NCBI GenBank assembly: GCA_017461635.1
Contig: JAFTXK010000078.1
Coordinates: 1-44,959 of the forward strand
Source of the DNA: Clostridia bacterium
GTDB taxonomy: Bacteria > Bacillota > Clostridia > Oscillospirales > CAG-272
Length of the DNA: 44,959 bases
Direction: 5' to 3'
Below the pieces are notes generated by a model. That model did not search any database. It had not been told where the DNA came from and was given only the letters and a program-made list of their open reading frames with translations. A program made the position numbers and the translations under genes. This document shows positions 1 to 9,703 of the stretch, one piece after another; position 1 is the stretch's first letter; each line of letters starts with the position of its first letter.

Positions 1-2241
1 AGTCTTTTCAGCATCATAGACTGCGAGAGCACGCAGCTCGGATGCACGTTTTTCTGTTTTCTCGCAAAGTGAATCGCGGTGATTCATAAGCTCTGCGGCG
101 GCATCTGTCAGCTCTTTTTCGTCGGTTTTTGCTGCGTCAAAGGATGCAAACTGGTCGGCATATTTGAGAAACGCCGTTACCTTAGGGTCATATGAAAGTC
201 CTATGGCGGGTACTCCTGCCGCACTTGCATATATCAGCATATGAAGTCTCATTCCGATGACGAAAGACATATCCCGAACCAGAGCAATTACCTCTCTTGC
301 CGCAAGTCCGCGAAGGAAGGGACATTCTTTGCCTGTCCGTTTCTCCACCAATTCCTTGACATCGAGACAGATCTGATCATCCAGACTGCGCTGAACGGGG
401 ATAAACACAGGAGTTTTACCAAGTGTTTCGCTGATACCCGATATAGCATCTGCCATTCGTCCGATAAATTCGCTTCTGTCTGAAGCATCGGCAGATGTGC
501 GGAGATTCTGCCATTCGCGAAGGGAAACCGCAAAGCACTCGGAGGGATCGCCGATGCAGGCACTTTCAAAAATATATATCTTTCTCGCATCGGTTTGGGG
601 TGAAAGCGTCAGTGCGGGATCGGCAGTTACGCGGATATTCTCCAAAACATCTTTTTCAAGTCCGATCTCGCCGAGAAAATCATAGGATGAAGGCTCGCGC
701 AGGCTGATATCATCCACTTCGCGGAGAACCTTTTTTACCTTTTCATGGCTTCTTTCACCGTAAAGAGGCCCGATACCGTTGGCATATATCATAACGGGAA
801 GCCCCATGCGCTTTGCAAGCTTGATGATCTGAATATAGTATTCAAGGGATTTTGCACTGGTATTATTCTGGAAAAGCGAACCGCCGCCGCTGATCAGAAG
901 CTTTGCATGCCTGAACTCTCTGATAACGGCGAAAATATTGAATCTTCCAACGCATTTTACCCCGTATTTTCGGCACATTTTTTTCGGATTGCGGGTAAGA
1001 GCCGTGATCCGAACATTGGGATCGAGAGACCGAAGATTATTAATTATCGAGATAAGGAGCGAATCATCTCCCATGTTTCCAAAGCCATAGTAGCCGGAAA
1101 AGACGATATCACCGTATTTTTTATAGTCATAGGGATAAAGGGAAGAATAAACCGCCTTGCAGTCCTTTGCCATTCTTGCCGCAGAGTAATTTTCCTCTAT
1201 TATCCTGCGGTTTTTCTCCCCGATCTCGGAAAATTCATCCGCACTAAGATCAAGCAAACGGCAAAGATCGCGTCTCAGCAGCTCTTCTGTAGTTTCCTCA
1301 CATCCGCGGCAGCAGAAATTTGTGGCAACGGCGATATCCATGTTTTCCTCGCCGAGAAGCCCGATATAACCCTCATTTCCCGCAATTACAACAGGCTTTG
1401 ATGCGCTCATCGCTTCGAGAACAGCTCTCGAAACACCAACAAAAATATCGCCGAGAGCAATGAGCTTATTAATATCGGTTCTTGCACCTGTCATATGCAC
1501 GAATTTTGTGCCTGCGGCTGTATTTGCCGCTTCTGCCAGGCTGTTTACATATTCAAAATCGTTTCCGCCTCCGACTATAACTATCTGAAGATCACCGTAT
1601 TTTTCCTTAAGCGACGGAGCTATGATCGCAAGCATTCTTGCGGCGGCGCTCCTGTCGGTATCCATGCGGCTGACATAGACGATCGTACGTCTTTTTGGGG
1701 GCAATCCCAGCTCCGCGGCAACAGACGTGCAATCTGTATCGGCAGAAAATTTATTCATATCAACGCCGTTTATCGTCACCGAAATATTATCTGCAAAAAC
1801 ACCGTAATTATCGATAACGTACTGCTTGATATCCTCGCTGACGGCAATTGTTTTCTCGCCCCAATCGGATATTCTTTTCCAAACCGCATTTACATCAAAG
1901 ACCCAGTGCGCCGAGCAGACAAAGCGAAAATGCAGACGGCGATGGAGAAGTCCGCAGATGAATGCGGGGATTCTCGCATGGGCATGGACGATATCGATTT
2001 TTTCCTTTTTGATCAGCTTCCGCAGACCAAAATAGCTTTTTATAACCGAAAAGGGATTTTTGGTATGGAGAGGGAGAGTCACATGGCGTATACCGCATTC
2101 TTCAAGCTCTTTAACGTAAACTCCTCCGCGGGATGCAACTATAATATCTTCGCCCATAGCCTTAAGAGCCCGCGAAAGCTCCAGAACATGAGTTTCTGCT
2201 CCGCCGATGTCAAGCCCCATCAGCGTCATAAGAATTTTCAT
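1..2241 (-). CDS. Glycosyltransferase family 4 fused to a polysaccharide pyruvyl transferase (CsaB-like) domain; C-terminus lies beyond the left window edge
   Basis: Manual minus-strand translation from ATG 2241-2239 (RBS AAGGAAAG upstream) gives MKILMTLMGLDIGGAETHVLELSRALKAMGEDIIVASRGG..., a GT4 N-terminus. After ~375 aa it continues into ...IVFSGYYGFGNMGDDSLLISII...LLISGGGSLFQNNTS...GMRLHMLIYA..., which is pyruvyl-transferase-like. The frame stays open to position 1 (...LRALAVYDAEKT). Not in the ORF track because it is edge-truncated. The + strand ORFs 745-1401 and 1495-2262 are its shadows. Confidence 0.8.
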   Translation of the reverse strand, partial: MKILMTLMGLDIGGAETHVLELSRALKAMGEDIIVASRGGVYVKELEECGIRHVTLPLHTKNPFSVIKSYFGLRKLIKKEKIDIVHAHARIPAFICGLLHRRLHFRFVCSAHWVFDVNAVWKRISDWGEKTIAVSEDIKQYVIDNYGVFADNISVTINGVDMNKFSADTDCTSVAAELGLPPKRRTIVYVSRMDTDRSAAARMLAIIAPSLKEKYGDLQIVIVGGGNDFEYVNSLAEAANTAAGTKFVHMTGARTDINKLIALGDIFVGVSRAVLEAMSASKPVVIAGNEGYIGLLGEENMDIAVATNFCCRGCEETTEELLRRDLCRLLDLSADEFSEIGEKNRRIIEENYSAARMAKDCKAVYSSLYPYDYKKYGDIVFSGYYGFGNMGDDSLLISIINNLRSLDPNVRITALTRNPKKMCRKYGVKCVGRFNIFAVIREFRHAKLLISGGGSLFQNNTSAKSLEYYIQIIKLAKRMGLPVMIYANGIGPLYGERSHEKVKKVLREVDDISLREPSSYDFLGEIGLEKDVLENIRVTADPALTLSPQTDARKIYIFESACIGDPSECFAVSLREWQNLRTSADASDRSEFIGRMADAISGISETLGKTPVFIPVQRSLDDQICLDVKELVEKRTGKECPFLRGLAAREVIALVRDMSFVIGMRLHMLIYASAAGVPAIGLSYDPKVTAFLKYADQFASFDAAKTDEKELTDAAAELMNHRDSLCEKTEKRASELRALAVYDAEKT

Positions 2242-2262
2242 AAATCTTTCCTTTATTTGTAG

Positions 2263-2282
2263 GGGCGCACCTTGGTGCGCCC
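2263..2282 (+). other. GC-rich stem-loop between the isomerase-like gene and the GT4-CsaB gene
   Basis: GGGCGCAC-cttg-GTGCGCCC, followed by a T-rich tract only on the + strand (gatatttttattattttt). On the coding (minus) strand no U-tract follows it. Confidence 0.3.
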
Positions 2283-2292
2283 GATATTTTTA

Positions 2293-3093
2293 TTATTTTT
2301 CGAGGCTCTTAAGATAAGCGATAGATTTTTTCACGGTGTCGCTATAGCTGTCGCCCCAGTCTCCTTCAAGGGAAATGTTGCGGGCTTCATAGCCGATCTC
2401 GTCCAGTATCTTGAAGAATTTTCTGTAAAGAGCGTCATCGCCGTCGGTGGGCAGAGGATAAATTCTGTTATTTGTGGGGCTGGCGATATGTACATGGCTG
2501 ACATATCCCTTGTACTCGCGAAGCTCCTCAACGGGAGTTCCCATTACGGCAACATGATAGAGGTCAACAAGAAGTCTGATATGGGGATCGTTAATAGCCT
2601 TTACATATTCCATAGCCTCGGCGCATGTATTGATGATATTAGTTTCTGCGGCACGGAGCTCTTCTATACCAATAATAATTCCATACTGCTTAACTACGGG
2701 AATTACAAGATCGCCGAGAAAATGAAGAATATCCTCCTTGGCTCTTTCTCTGTCATATCCCTCGGGAACATTTCTTGATCCGCCGCTTCCGAAAATAACG
2801 CTCTTAAAGCCAAGCCTTGCTGTGCGCTCAAAGTTCCTTTCAAGATAGTCCTTGATCTTCTCGTCATTCATATCAGGACCGCAAGTCTTTATAGCCGCTG
2901 GCATAAATCCGTTGCAGGAGGCACAGACAAGACCGTTTTCTCTGAAGGTTCTTTCAAATTCATTGAGCTGAGCGTCGGTTTTTTCCGACATGCCGGCAAA
3001 ACCCGTTTCAACAAAATCATAGCCAAGCTCTGCGAGAAGCTTTACTCTGTCAAGCTCTGTAAGATCAACACAAGCACCAAAATTAAATTTCAT
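2293..3093 (-). CDS. Sugar phosphate isomerase/epimerase (xylose-isomerase-like TIM barrel) family protein
   Basis: ORF 2293-3117. The likely start is ATG 3093 (MKFNFGACVD...), preceded by AAAGGAG. The sequence pattern (ELGYDFVE...GFKSVIFGSGG...GIEELR...LLVDLYH) is typical of the AP endonuclease 2 / xylose isomerase-like fold. Confidence 0.75.
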   Translation of the reverse strand: MKFNFGACVDLTELDRVKLLAELGYDFVETGFAGMSEKTDAQLNEFERTFRENGLVCASCNGFMPAAIKTCGPDMNDEKIKDYLERNFERTARLGFKSVIFGSGGSRNVPEGYDRERAKEDILHFLGDLVIPVVKQYGIIIGIEELRAAETNIINTCAEAMEYVKAINDPHIRLLVDLYHVAVMGTPVEELREYKGYVSHVHIASPTNNRIYPLPTDGDDALYRKFFKILDEIGYEARNISLEGDWGDSYSDTVKKSIAYLKSLEK

Positions 3094-3168
3094 TTTTAAA
3101 CACTCCTTTTTTGTCAATTTTTATGACATTTCATGGGCAGGTACGACCTGCCAAAATCTCTCATCATA

Positions 3169-3197
3169 ATCTTACCATATCTATGTTATACTGTCAA
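3169..3197 (-). promoter_or_regulatory. Putative sigmaA promoter for the isomerase-like gene
   Basis: Minus strand TTGACA-17 nt-TAAGAT, about 75 nt upstream of the ATG. Confidence 0.35.
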
Positions 3198-3251
3198 GAA
3201 TTTTTTGTCATTTGAAGCAAAAAAGCAAGATATATCATGTATATTGAGCCT

Positions 3252-3290
3252 AAAAAAAGATGTCGCCTACCGCGACATCTTTTATTTTTT
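3252..3290. terminator. Bidirectional rho-independent terminator ending the BCAA operon after ridA
   Basis: AAAAAAAGATGTCGC-ctacc-GCGACATCTTTTATTTTTT: a 9-bp stem flanked by an A-run and a T-run. Confidence 0.75.
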
Positions 3291-3663
3291 AAAGCTCTGC
3301 GATAACCTCGACCTCAACAAGTGCTCCCTTGGGGAGAGCCTTTGCCGCAACGCAGCTGCGGGCGGGCTTTGAGGTGAAATATTTGCCGTAGATCTCATTG
3401 AAAGCGGCAAAATCAGCGATATCAGCGAGGAAGCATGTGGTCTTGACAGCCTTATCCATGCTTGTTCCTGCCGCCGCGAGAACTGCTGTGAGATTCTTCA
3501 TGACCTGCTCGGTCTGTCCTGCTATGTCCTTTGCCACGATGTCGCCTACTGCGGGATCTATTGCGATCTGTCCGGATGTGAACACCATATTTCCTACGAC
3601 CATTGCCTGGGAATAGGGTCCGATGGCACTCGGTGCTTTATCTGTTGCTATAATTTTTGCCAT
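3289..3663 (-). CDS. ridA: RidA family reactive enamine/imine deaminase (YjgF/TdcF)
   Basis: MAKIIATDKAPSAIGPYSQAMVVGNMVFTSGQIAIDP... is a canonical RidA N-terminus. ATG 3663 is preceded by TTAGGAGAAAAATC. The track ORF has a spurious 7-aa extension. Confidence 0.92.
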   Translation of the reverse strand: MAKIIATDKAPSAIGPYSQAMVVGNMVFTSGQIAIDPAVGDIVAKDIAGQTEQVMKNLTAVLAAAGTSMDKAVKTTCFLADIADFAAFNEIYGKYFTSKPARSCVAAKALPKGALVEVEVIAEL

Positions 3664-3763
3664 GATTTTTCTCCTAATTAACAATAATTTAGTGAATAGT
3701 TAGCCCATTCCACATGAGATCCTTCGTCGAGACTCAGGATGACAGGGAAGTTTTTCTCATATT

Positions 3764-4957
3764 TTAAATCAGCTTAAAACCAAAATCGGTGAGAGCCTTC
3801 TTTATCTGCTCGATATGCTCGAAATTGCGTGTTTCAAGGATGATACGCAGATAGCACCCGTTGACATCCGAGCCCTCGTTTGCGCGTTCGTGGTGAACGG
3901 AGATTACATTGCCGCCGAGATCTGCGATGATGCGGGAAACATTCTTAAGCTGTCCGGGTTTATCCACCAGCTCTATCATGAGCTGAGCGCTTCTGCCCGA
4001 CATGAGCAGACCGCGCTTGATAACGCGTGAAAGGATGGTAACGTCAATATTACCGCCCGAAAGCAGACAAACGACCTTCTTGCCTGCGATATCGACCTTT
4101 CCGAACATTGCCGCCTCAACCGATACCGCGCCCGCGCCCTCTGTGACCAGCTTATGCTGTTCCATAAGTGCGAGGATAGCCGCGGAAATTTCGTCATCTG
4201 TAACGGTAACGATCTCGTCAACGTACTGACGGCAAAGCTCATATGTAAGATTGCCCGGACATTTCACCGCGATACCGTCTGCAATGGTGGAAACGCTTTG
4301 AAGCGTCTCGATCCTTCCGTCATGGAGCGAATTTGCCATAGAGGGCGCACCGCTTGCCTGAACGCCGTAGACCTTAACATTCGGATTCAGCATTTTCATT
4401 GTATATGCAACGCCGGAAATAAGTCCGCCGCCGCCGACGGGAACGATCACGGCATCGATATCCGCTATCTGTTCCGCAATTTCAAGGGCAATAGTACCCT
4501 GACCTGCAATAACGTCCTCATCATTGAAGGGATGGATAAAGGTATAGCCCATTTCATCACGAAGCTCCAGCGCCTTGTTGTATGCATCGTCATAAACGCC
4601 TTCAACGAGACAGACCTCTGCACCGTAACTTTTTGTTGCCTCAACCTTTGAAATTGGTGCGCCATCGGGCAGGCAGATAACTGCCTTTATGCCGTTTTTC
4701 TGTGCCGCAAGAGCAACGCCCTGAGCGTGGTTTCCCGCACTGCAGGCAATAACGCCGCGCGCCTTCTCCTCCTCGGAGAGCTTTGACATCTTATAGTATG
4801 CGCCTCTTACCTTAAATGAGCCCGTGATCTGCAGATTCTCTGTTTTAAGATATATCTCTGCATCTTTTCTCAGCTTCGGCGCATAGATCACATCTGTCTT
4901 TCTGACCACGTTCTTCAGCGCATAGCTGGCTTTATACACATTATCGAGTGTCATCAC
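3764..4957 (-). CDS. ilvA: Threonine ammonia-lyase (biosynthetic threonine dehydratase, short form with one C-terminal ACT-like domain)
   Basis: PLP-lysine motif ITGSFKVRGA, glycine loop GGGGLISG, ~397 aa. The start is GTG 4957 or ATG 4954, downstream of GAGGTG. Confidence 0.9.
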   Translation of the reverse strand: MMTLDNVYKASYALKNVVRKTDVIYAPKLRKDAEIYLKTENLQITGSFKVRGAYYKMSKLSEEEKARGVIACSAGNHAQGVALAAQKNGIKAVICLPDGAPISKVEATKSYGAEVCLVEGVYDDAYNKALELRDEMGYTFIHPFNDEDVIAGQGTIALEIAEQIADIDAVIVPVGGGGLISGVAYTMKMLNPNVKVYGVQASGAPSMANSLHDGRIETLQSVSTIADGIAVKCPGNLTYELCRQYVDEIVTVTDDEISAAILALMEQHKLVTEGAGAVSVEAAMFGKVDIAGKKVVCLLSGGNIDVTILSRVIKRGLLMSGRSAQLMIELVDKPGQLKNVSRIIADLGGNVISVHHERANEGSDVNGCYLRIILETRNFEHIEQIKKALTDFGFKLI

Positions 4958-4973
4958 TTGTTATCACCTCTTA

Positions 4974-6143
4974 TCAAATCAAACTTTCGATAAACTGCTC
5001 TGCGCATCTTGCGCTTCTGTAGCCACGGCTGAGGGCAAAAGCCTCTGCCTTCTGCTCGATCTCGGGAGTTACCTCAATTCCGTTGCGCTCCGCCAGCTCA
5101 TGGATGATCTCCAGATAGAGCTTCTTTTCGGGCTTTGCAAAAAGAATAGAAAGACCGAAGCGAGCGGAAAGAGAAAGATTTTCCTGCATAGTGTCATTTC
5201 TGTGAACATCATCACCGGTTCTGTCGGAAAAAGTCTCCTTTATGATATGCCTACGATTGCTTGTGGCATAAATGACCGCATTCTTAGCCTTTGCGCTTGC
5301 CGAGCCTTCAAGGGTCGCCTTCAGCATACTGAAATCATCATCTCCATTAAACGAAAGATCATCTATGAAAATGATAAATTTAAGAGGATTTCCGCTTATC
5401 TCACCCATCACTTTGGGGAGAAGGAGAAGCTGATTTTTTCTGATCTCAATAAGGCGAAGTCCCTCTTCAAAGAAGTTATTAGCAACGGCCTTGACTGTTG
5501 AGGATTTACCCGTTCCGGCGTCGCCGTAAAGCAGGATATTTGCCGCAGGCTTGCCCGCAAGGAACGCCTGAGTATTATTCATGACCTTCTGTCTTTCGTC
5601 CTTATAGCCGACGAACTTATCAAGAGTTATGCGGTCTGCGCTGGCGATGGGAACTATAGTTCCGTCATCTTCCACGTAGAACATTCCGTTTGAAGCAAAA
5701 ATGCCGTAGCCGTATTTGCCGATGCTGCCGAGCCTGCTTTCGTATTCGGCTTTTATATCTGCCTTGCCGTTTTCATATGAAGGGATAAACTCATCTGTTC
5801 CCATATCCTCGGCAAAATCTATGGCTGTAAGAGCGGCAAAATCAGTAAGCACATCAAGCTCATGCTCCACCGCCGCCCACATACACGGGCTGATCTTTTC
5901 CATATTTCCCACGGCTCTGACGTAAACATTCTCGTCCTCAAAAACCAGGCTTCTCACGCAATCTGTTAGAGACGCGCCCCCTTTATAGATCTCGGAAACG
6001 AAAGAGGCATATTTGCGAAGCTTTTCGTCGGTCTCCGCCGCCTTTGCGTATTCAAAAAATCTCTTATAGAGGGGCTTTTCAAGCATTCCGCCGAAAACGG
6101 AAAAGGAGCAAAGTCCCAAATAAATCTTATTTATCTTTGTCAT
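4974..6143 (-). CDS. DUF815-type AAA/P-loop ATPase of unknown function
   Basis: Intact Walker A LLYGDAGTGKSS and Walker B-like FIIFIDDLSF. The track start is TTG 6164, which overlaps the leuB stop. ATG 6143 (MTKINKIY...) is the first ATG. The RBS is weak for both. Confidence 0.7.
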   Translation of the reverse strand: MTKINKIYLGLCSFSVFGGMLEKPLYKRFFEYAKAAETDEKLRKYASFVSEIYKGGASLTDCVRSLVFEDENVYVRAVGNMEKISPCMWAAVEHELDVLTDFAALTAIDFAEDMGTDEFIPSYENGKADIKAEYESRLGSIGKYGYGIFASNGMFYVEDDGTIVPIASADRITLDKFVGYKDERQKVMNNTQAFLAGKPAANILLYGDAGTGKSSTVKAVANNFFEEGLRLIEIRKNQLLLLPKVMGEISGNPLKFIIFIDDLSFNGDDDFSMLKATLEGSASAKAKNAVIYATSNRRHIIKETFSDRTGDDVHRNDTMQENLSLSARFGLSILFAKPEKKLYLEIIHELAERNGIEVTPEIEQKAEAFALSRGYRSARCAEQFIESLI

Positions 6144-6150
6144 AATATAC

Positions 6151-7218
<1,068 letters not shown>

Positions 7219-7228
7219 GTTTTTCTCC

Positions 7229-7723
7229 TTATTTTATCTCGCCCTGCTTGATGGCTTCAACGAGGCCGCCGCAGTTAATAATCTTTTCGATAAATTCGGG
7301 AAAGGGCTTGGTATTGAAGCTTTCACCTGTGGTCTTATCGAAAATTATGCCTCTGTCAAGGTCTGCTTCAACCTCATCGCCCTCTCTGATCGCCTTTGCA
7401 GCTTCGGGACATTCGACGATGGCAAGACCGATATTTATAGAGTTGCGATAGAAGATTCTCGCGAAGCTCTCCGCGATAACGACGGATATTCCGCTCTCCT
7501 TTATGGCAATGGGAGCGTGCTCACGGGAAGAACCGCAGCCAAAATTCGCACCTGCAACCATAATGTCGCCTGCCTGAACCTTTTTGACAAAATCCTTATC
7601 GATATCCTCCATGCAGTGAGAAGCAAGCTCCTTTTTGTCAATGGTGTTAAGATATCTTGCGGGAATAATAACGTCTGTATCGACATTGTCACCGTATTTA
7701 AGCACTTTACCTGTAAAAATCAT
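7229..7723 (-). CDS. leuD: 3-isopropylmalate dehydratase small subunit
   Basis: 164 aa with ...[14 protein letters not shown]..., the aconitase swivel-domain motif. Adjacent to leuC. Confidence 0.9.
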   Translation of the reverse strand: MIFTGKVLKYGDNVDTDVIIPARYLNTIDKKELASHCMEDIDKDFVKKVQAGDIMVAGANFGCGSSREHAPIAIKESGISVVIAESFARIFYRNSINIGLAIVECPEAAKAIREGDEVEADLDRGIIFDKTTGESFNTKPFPEFIEKIINCGGLVEAIKQGEIK

Positions 7724-7739
7724 TCTGCGTTTCCTCCTT

Positions 7740-8999
7740 TCAAATCTTTGCGGGGTCTGCTATCTTGCCTGCGATTGCACTTGCCGCCGCAACCGCGGGG
7801 CTGGCAAGATAAACTTCACTTGTTACATCGCCCATACGTCCAACGAAATTGCGATTTGTTGTTGCAACCGCTCTCTCGCCTGCGGCAAGAATTCCCATAT
7901 ATCCGCCAAGACAAGGACCGCAGGTAGGTGTTGAAACAACGCATCCTGCCTCAATGAAGATCTTCAGCAGTCCGTTTTCCATTGCCTTCAGATATATGTC
8001 CTGAGTCGCGGGAATGATGATGGCACGAACATTCTTTGCAACCTTCTTGCCCTTCAGTATCATTGCGGCTTCCTCAATATCCTTATAGTGACCGTTTGTG
8101 CAGGAGCCGATAACGACCTGGTCGATAACGACATCGCCAACCTCGTCGATTGTGCGTGTATTCTCGGGCAGATGAGGGAATGCAACGGTGGATTTGATAG
8201 CGGAAAGATCAATTTCGATAACCTCATCATATTCTGCATCCGGATCTGCAGTATATACCACGGGCTTTCTTGTGGAATGCTCTGCTATATATCTGAGAGC
8301 CTCCTCGTCAGCCTCGAAAATACCGTTCTTTGCGCCGGCTTCGATCGCCATATTGCAAATTGTAAGTCTGTCATAGATGGTGAGCGACTTAACGCCCTCG
8401 CCGACAAATTCCATAGACTTATAAAGTGCGCCGTCAACGCCTATCTTGCCGATTATATGTAGGATAACATCCTTACCCGAAATATGCTTATTCAGCTTAC
8501 CACGAAGCACAAATTTGATAGCGGAGGGGACCTTGAACCAAGCCTTGCCTGTTGCCATGCCTGCCGCCATGTCGGTTGAGCCGACACCCGTAGAGAATGC
8601 GCCGAGTGCGCCGTATGTACAGGTATGGGAATCCGCGCCTATAACAACATCACCTGCAACCACAAGACCCTTTTCGGGAAGCAGAGCATGCTCGATGCCC
8701 ATTCTTCCAACGTCATAGAAGTGAGTTACCTCCTTCTCGTTACAGAAATCACGGCACATCTTGCACTGCACAGCCGCCTTGATATCCTTATTGGGGGCAA
8801 AATGATCCATTACCATGGTCACCTTGTCCTTATCATAAACATTTTTTACGCCGATGTTATTAAACTCACGGATAGCAACAGGGGAAGTGATATCATTTCC
8901 CAGAACTCTGTCAAGCTCGCAAAGGATGAGCTGACCTGCCTCAACCTTGTCGAGACCTGCGTGCGCCGCAAGAATTTTTTGCGTCATTGTCATAGACAT
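7740..8999 (-). CDS. leuC: 3-isopropylmalate dehydratase large subunit
   Basis: 419 aa with aconitase-family Fe-S ligand regions ([25 protein letters not shown]). RBS GAAAGGAAA upstream. Confidence 0.9.
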   Translation of the reverse strand: MSMTMTQKILAAHAGLDKVEAGQLILCELDRVLGNDITSPVAIREFNNIGVKNVYDKDKVTMVMDHFAPNKDIKAAVQCKMCRDFCNEKEVTHFYDVGRMGIEHALLPEKGLVVAGDVVIGADSHTCTYGALGAFSTGVGSTDMAAGMATGKAWFKVPSAIKFVLRGKLNKHISGKDVILHIIGKIGVDGALYKSMEFVGEGVKSLTIYDRLTICNMAIEAGAKNGIFEADEEALRYIAEHSTRKPVVYTADPDAEYDEVIEIDLSAIKSTVAFPHLPENTRTIDEVGDVVIDQVVIGSCTNGHYKDIEEAAMILKGKKVAKNVRAIIIPATQDIYLKAMENGLLKIFIEAGCVVSTPTCGPCLGGYMGILAAGERAVATTNRNFVGRMGDVTSEVYLASPAVAAASAIAGKIADPAKI

Positions 9000-9023
9000 A
9001 GCATTTATTTCCTTTCAAAATCA

Positions 9024-9701
9024 TTAAAAATTGCCTTTATATATATAAGATGCTGCTTTTTTCAGCTCGATCATATCACTATCGGAGACATTTTCGATCG
9101 AAACATCAATATTTGCGGGATCAATGCCAAATATTTTGGAAAAGATCGTCAGTGCCGCTATCGTACTGCCGCAAAGGTCGGGATGCAATTTGTCATCCTT
9201 ATATAATCTCACATCCGAATTTTCGGAAGCATACGAAATTGCCGCTCCCGCATAGCAAACGGGAATATCAAGCTCTTTGCCCATATCGGCATAAGCGGCA
9301 CGAAGCTTCATTTCCATTTCGGGCATATCTTTTCCGAACTTTATAAGCTCCGGATGACCGTCAGAGAGGGCACAGGGCTCATAGAGATATGTCTGTGCGC
9401 CGTTTGCCGTTATCATTTTATAAAGCTTTCGCACAGCATCTTGAAAAAGCCGGGGCTCGGTTATAGGATAGCGTCCATATTCCTGAATAATAACGATATC
9501 ATATTTGTTGTTCTCAAAAGCAGACTTTACCTTTGCACCGTATTCGTTATTTTCATCGGCAAACTGATAAAGATGATATCCGCCTTTTGTTATCGATGTA
9601 ACTTCCGCCTCTTTTCCGCAAGCCTTTGCAATGGCGGAAAAGATCACCTCGGGCATATCGTTATAATATGTTAAGCTGTTTCCGATAAATAAGATTTTCA
9701 T
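9024..9701 (-). CDS. SGNH/GDSL-like hydrolase family protein (DUF4886-like), function unknown
   Basis: N-terminal MKILFIGNSLTYY (block I Ser) and C-terminal DDKLHPD (DxxH block V). The start ATG is 2 nt after the ilvD stop and the stop is 24 nt before leuC, so it is embedded in the operon. Confidence 0.6.
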   Translation of the reverse strand: MKILFIGNSLTYYNDMPEVIFSAIAKACGKEAEVTSITKGGYHLYQFADENNEYGAKVKSAFENNKYDIVIIQEYGRYPITEPRLFQDAVRKLYKMITANGAQTYLYEPCALSDGHPELIKFGKDMPEMEMKLRAAYADMGKELDIPVCYAGAAISYASENSDVRLYKDDKLHPDLCGSTIAALTIFSKIFGIDPANIDVSIENVSDSDMIELKKAASYIYKGNF

Positions 9702-9703
9702 GA

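Noticed and set aside
745-2262. Long + strand ORFs (745-1401, 1495-2262) at the left end
   Set aside because: The translations are low-complexity and Cys/Arg/Ile-rich with no RBS. They are antisense shadows of the well-supported minus-strand GT4-CsaB gene.
3700-3745. The ilvA-ridA spacer motif GTCATCCTGAGTCTCGACGAAGGATCTC (minus strand), which resembles a dispersed repeat family seen in many Firmicutes/Bacteroidetes genomes
   Set aside because: Only one copy occurs in this window and the resemblance is from memory only. Repeat status or function cannot be established without a genome-wide search.
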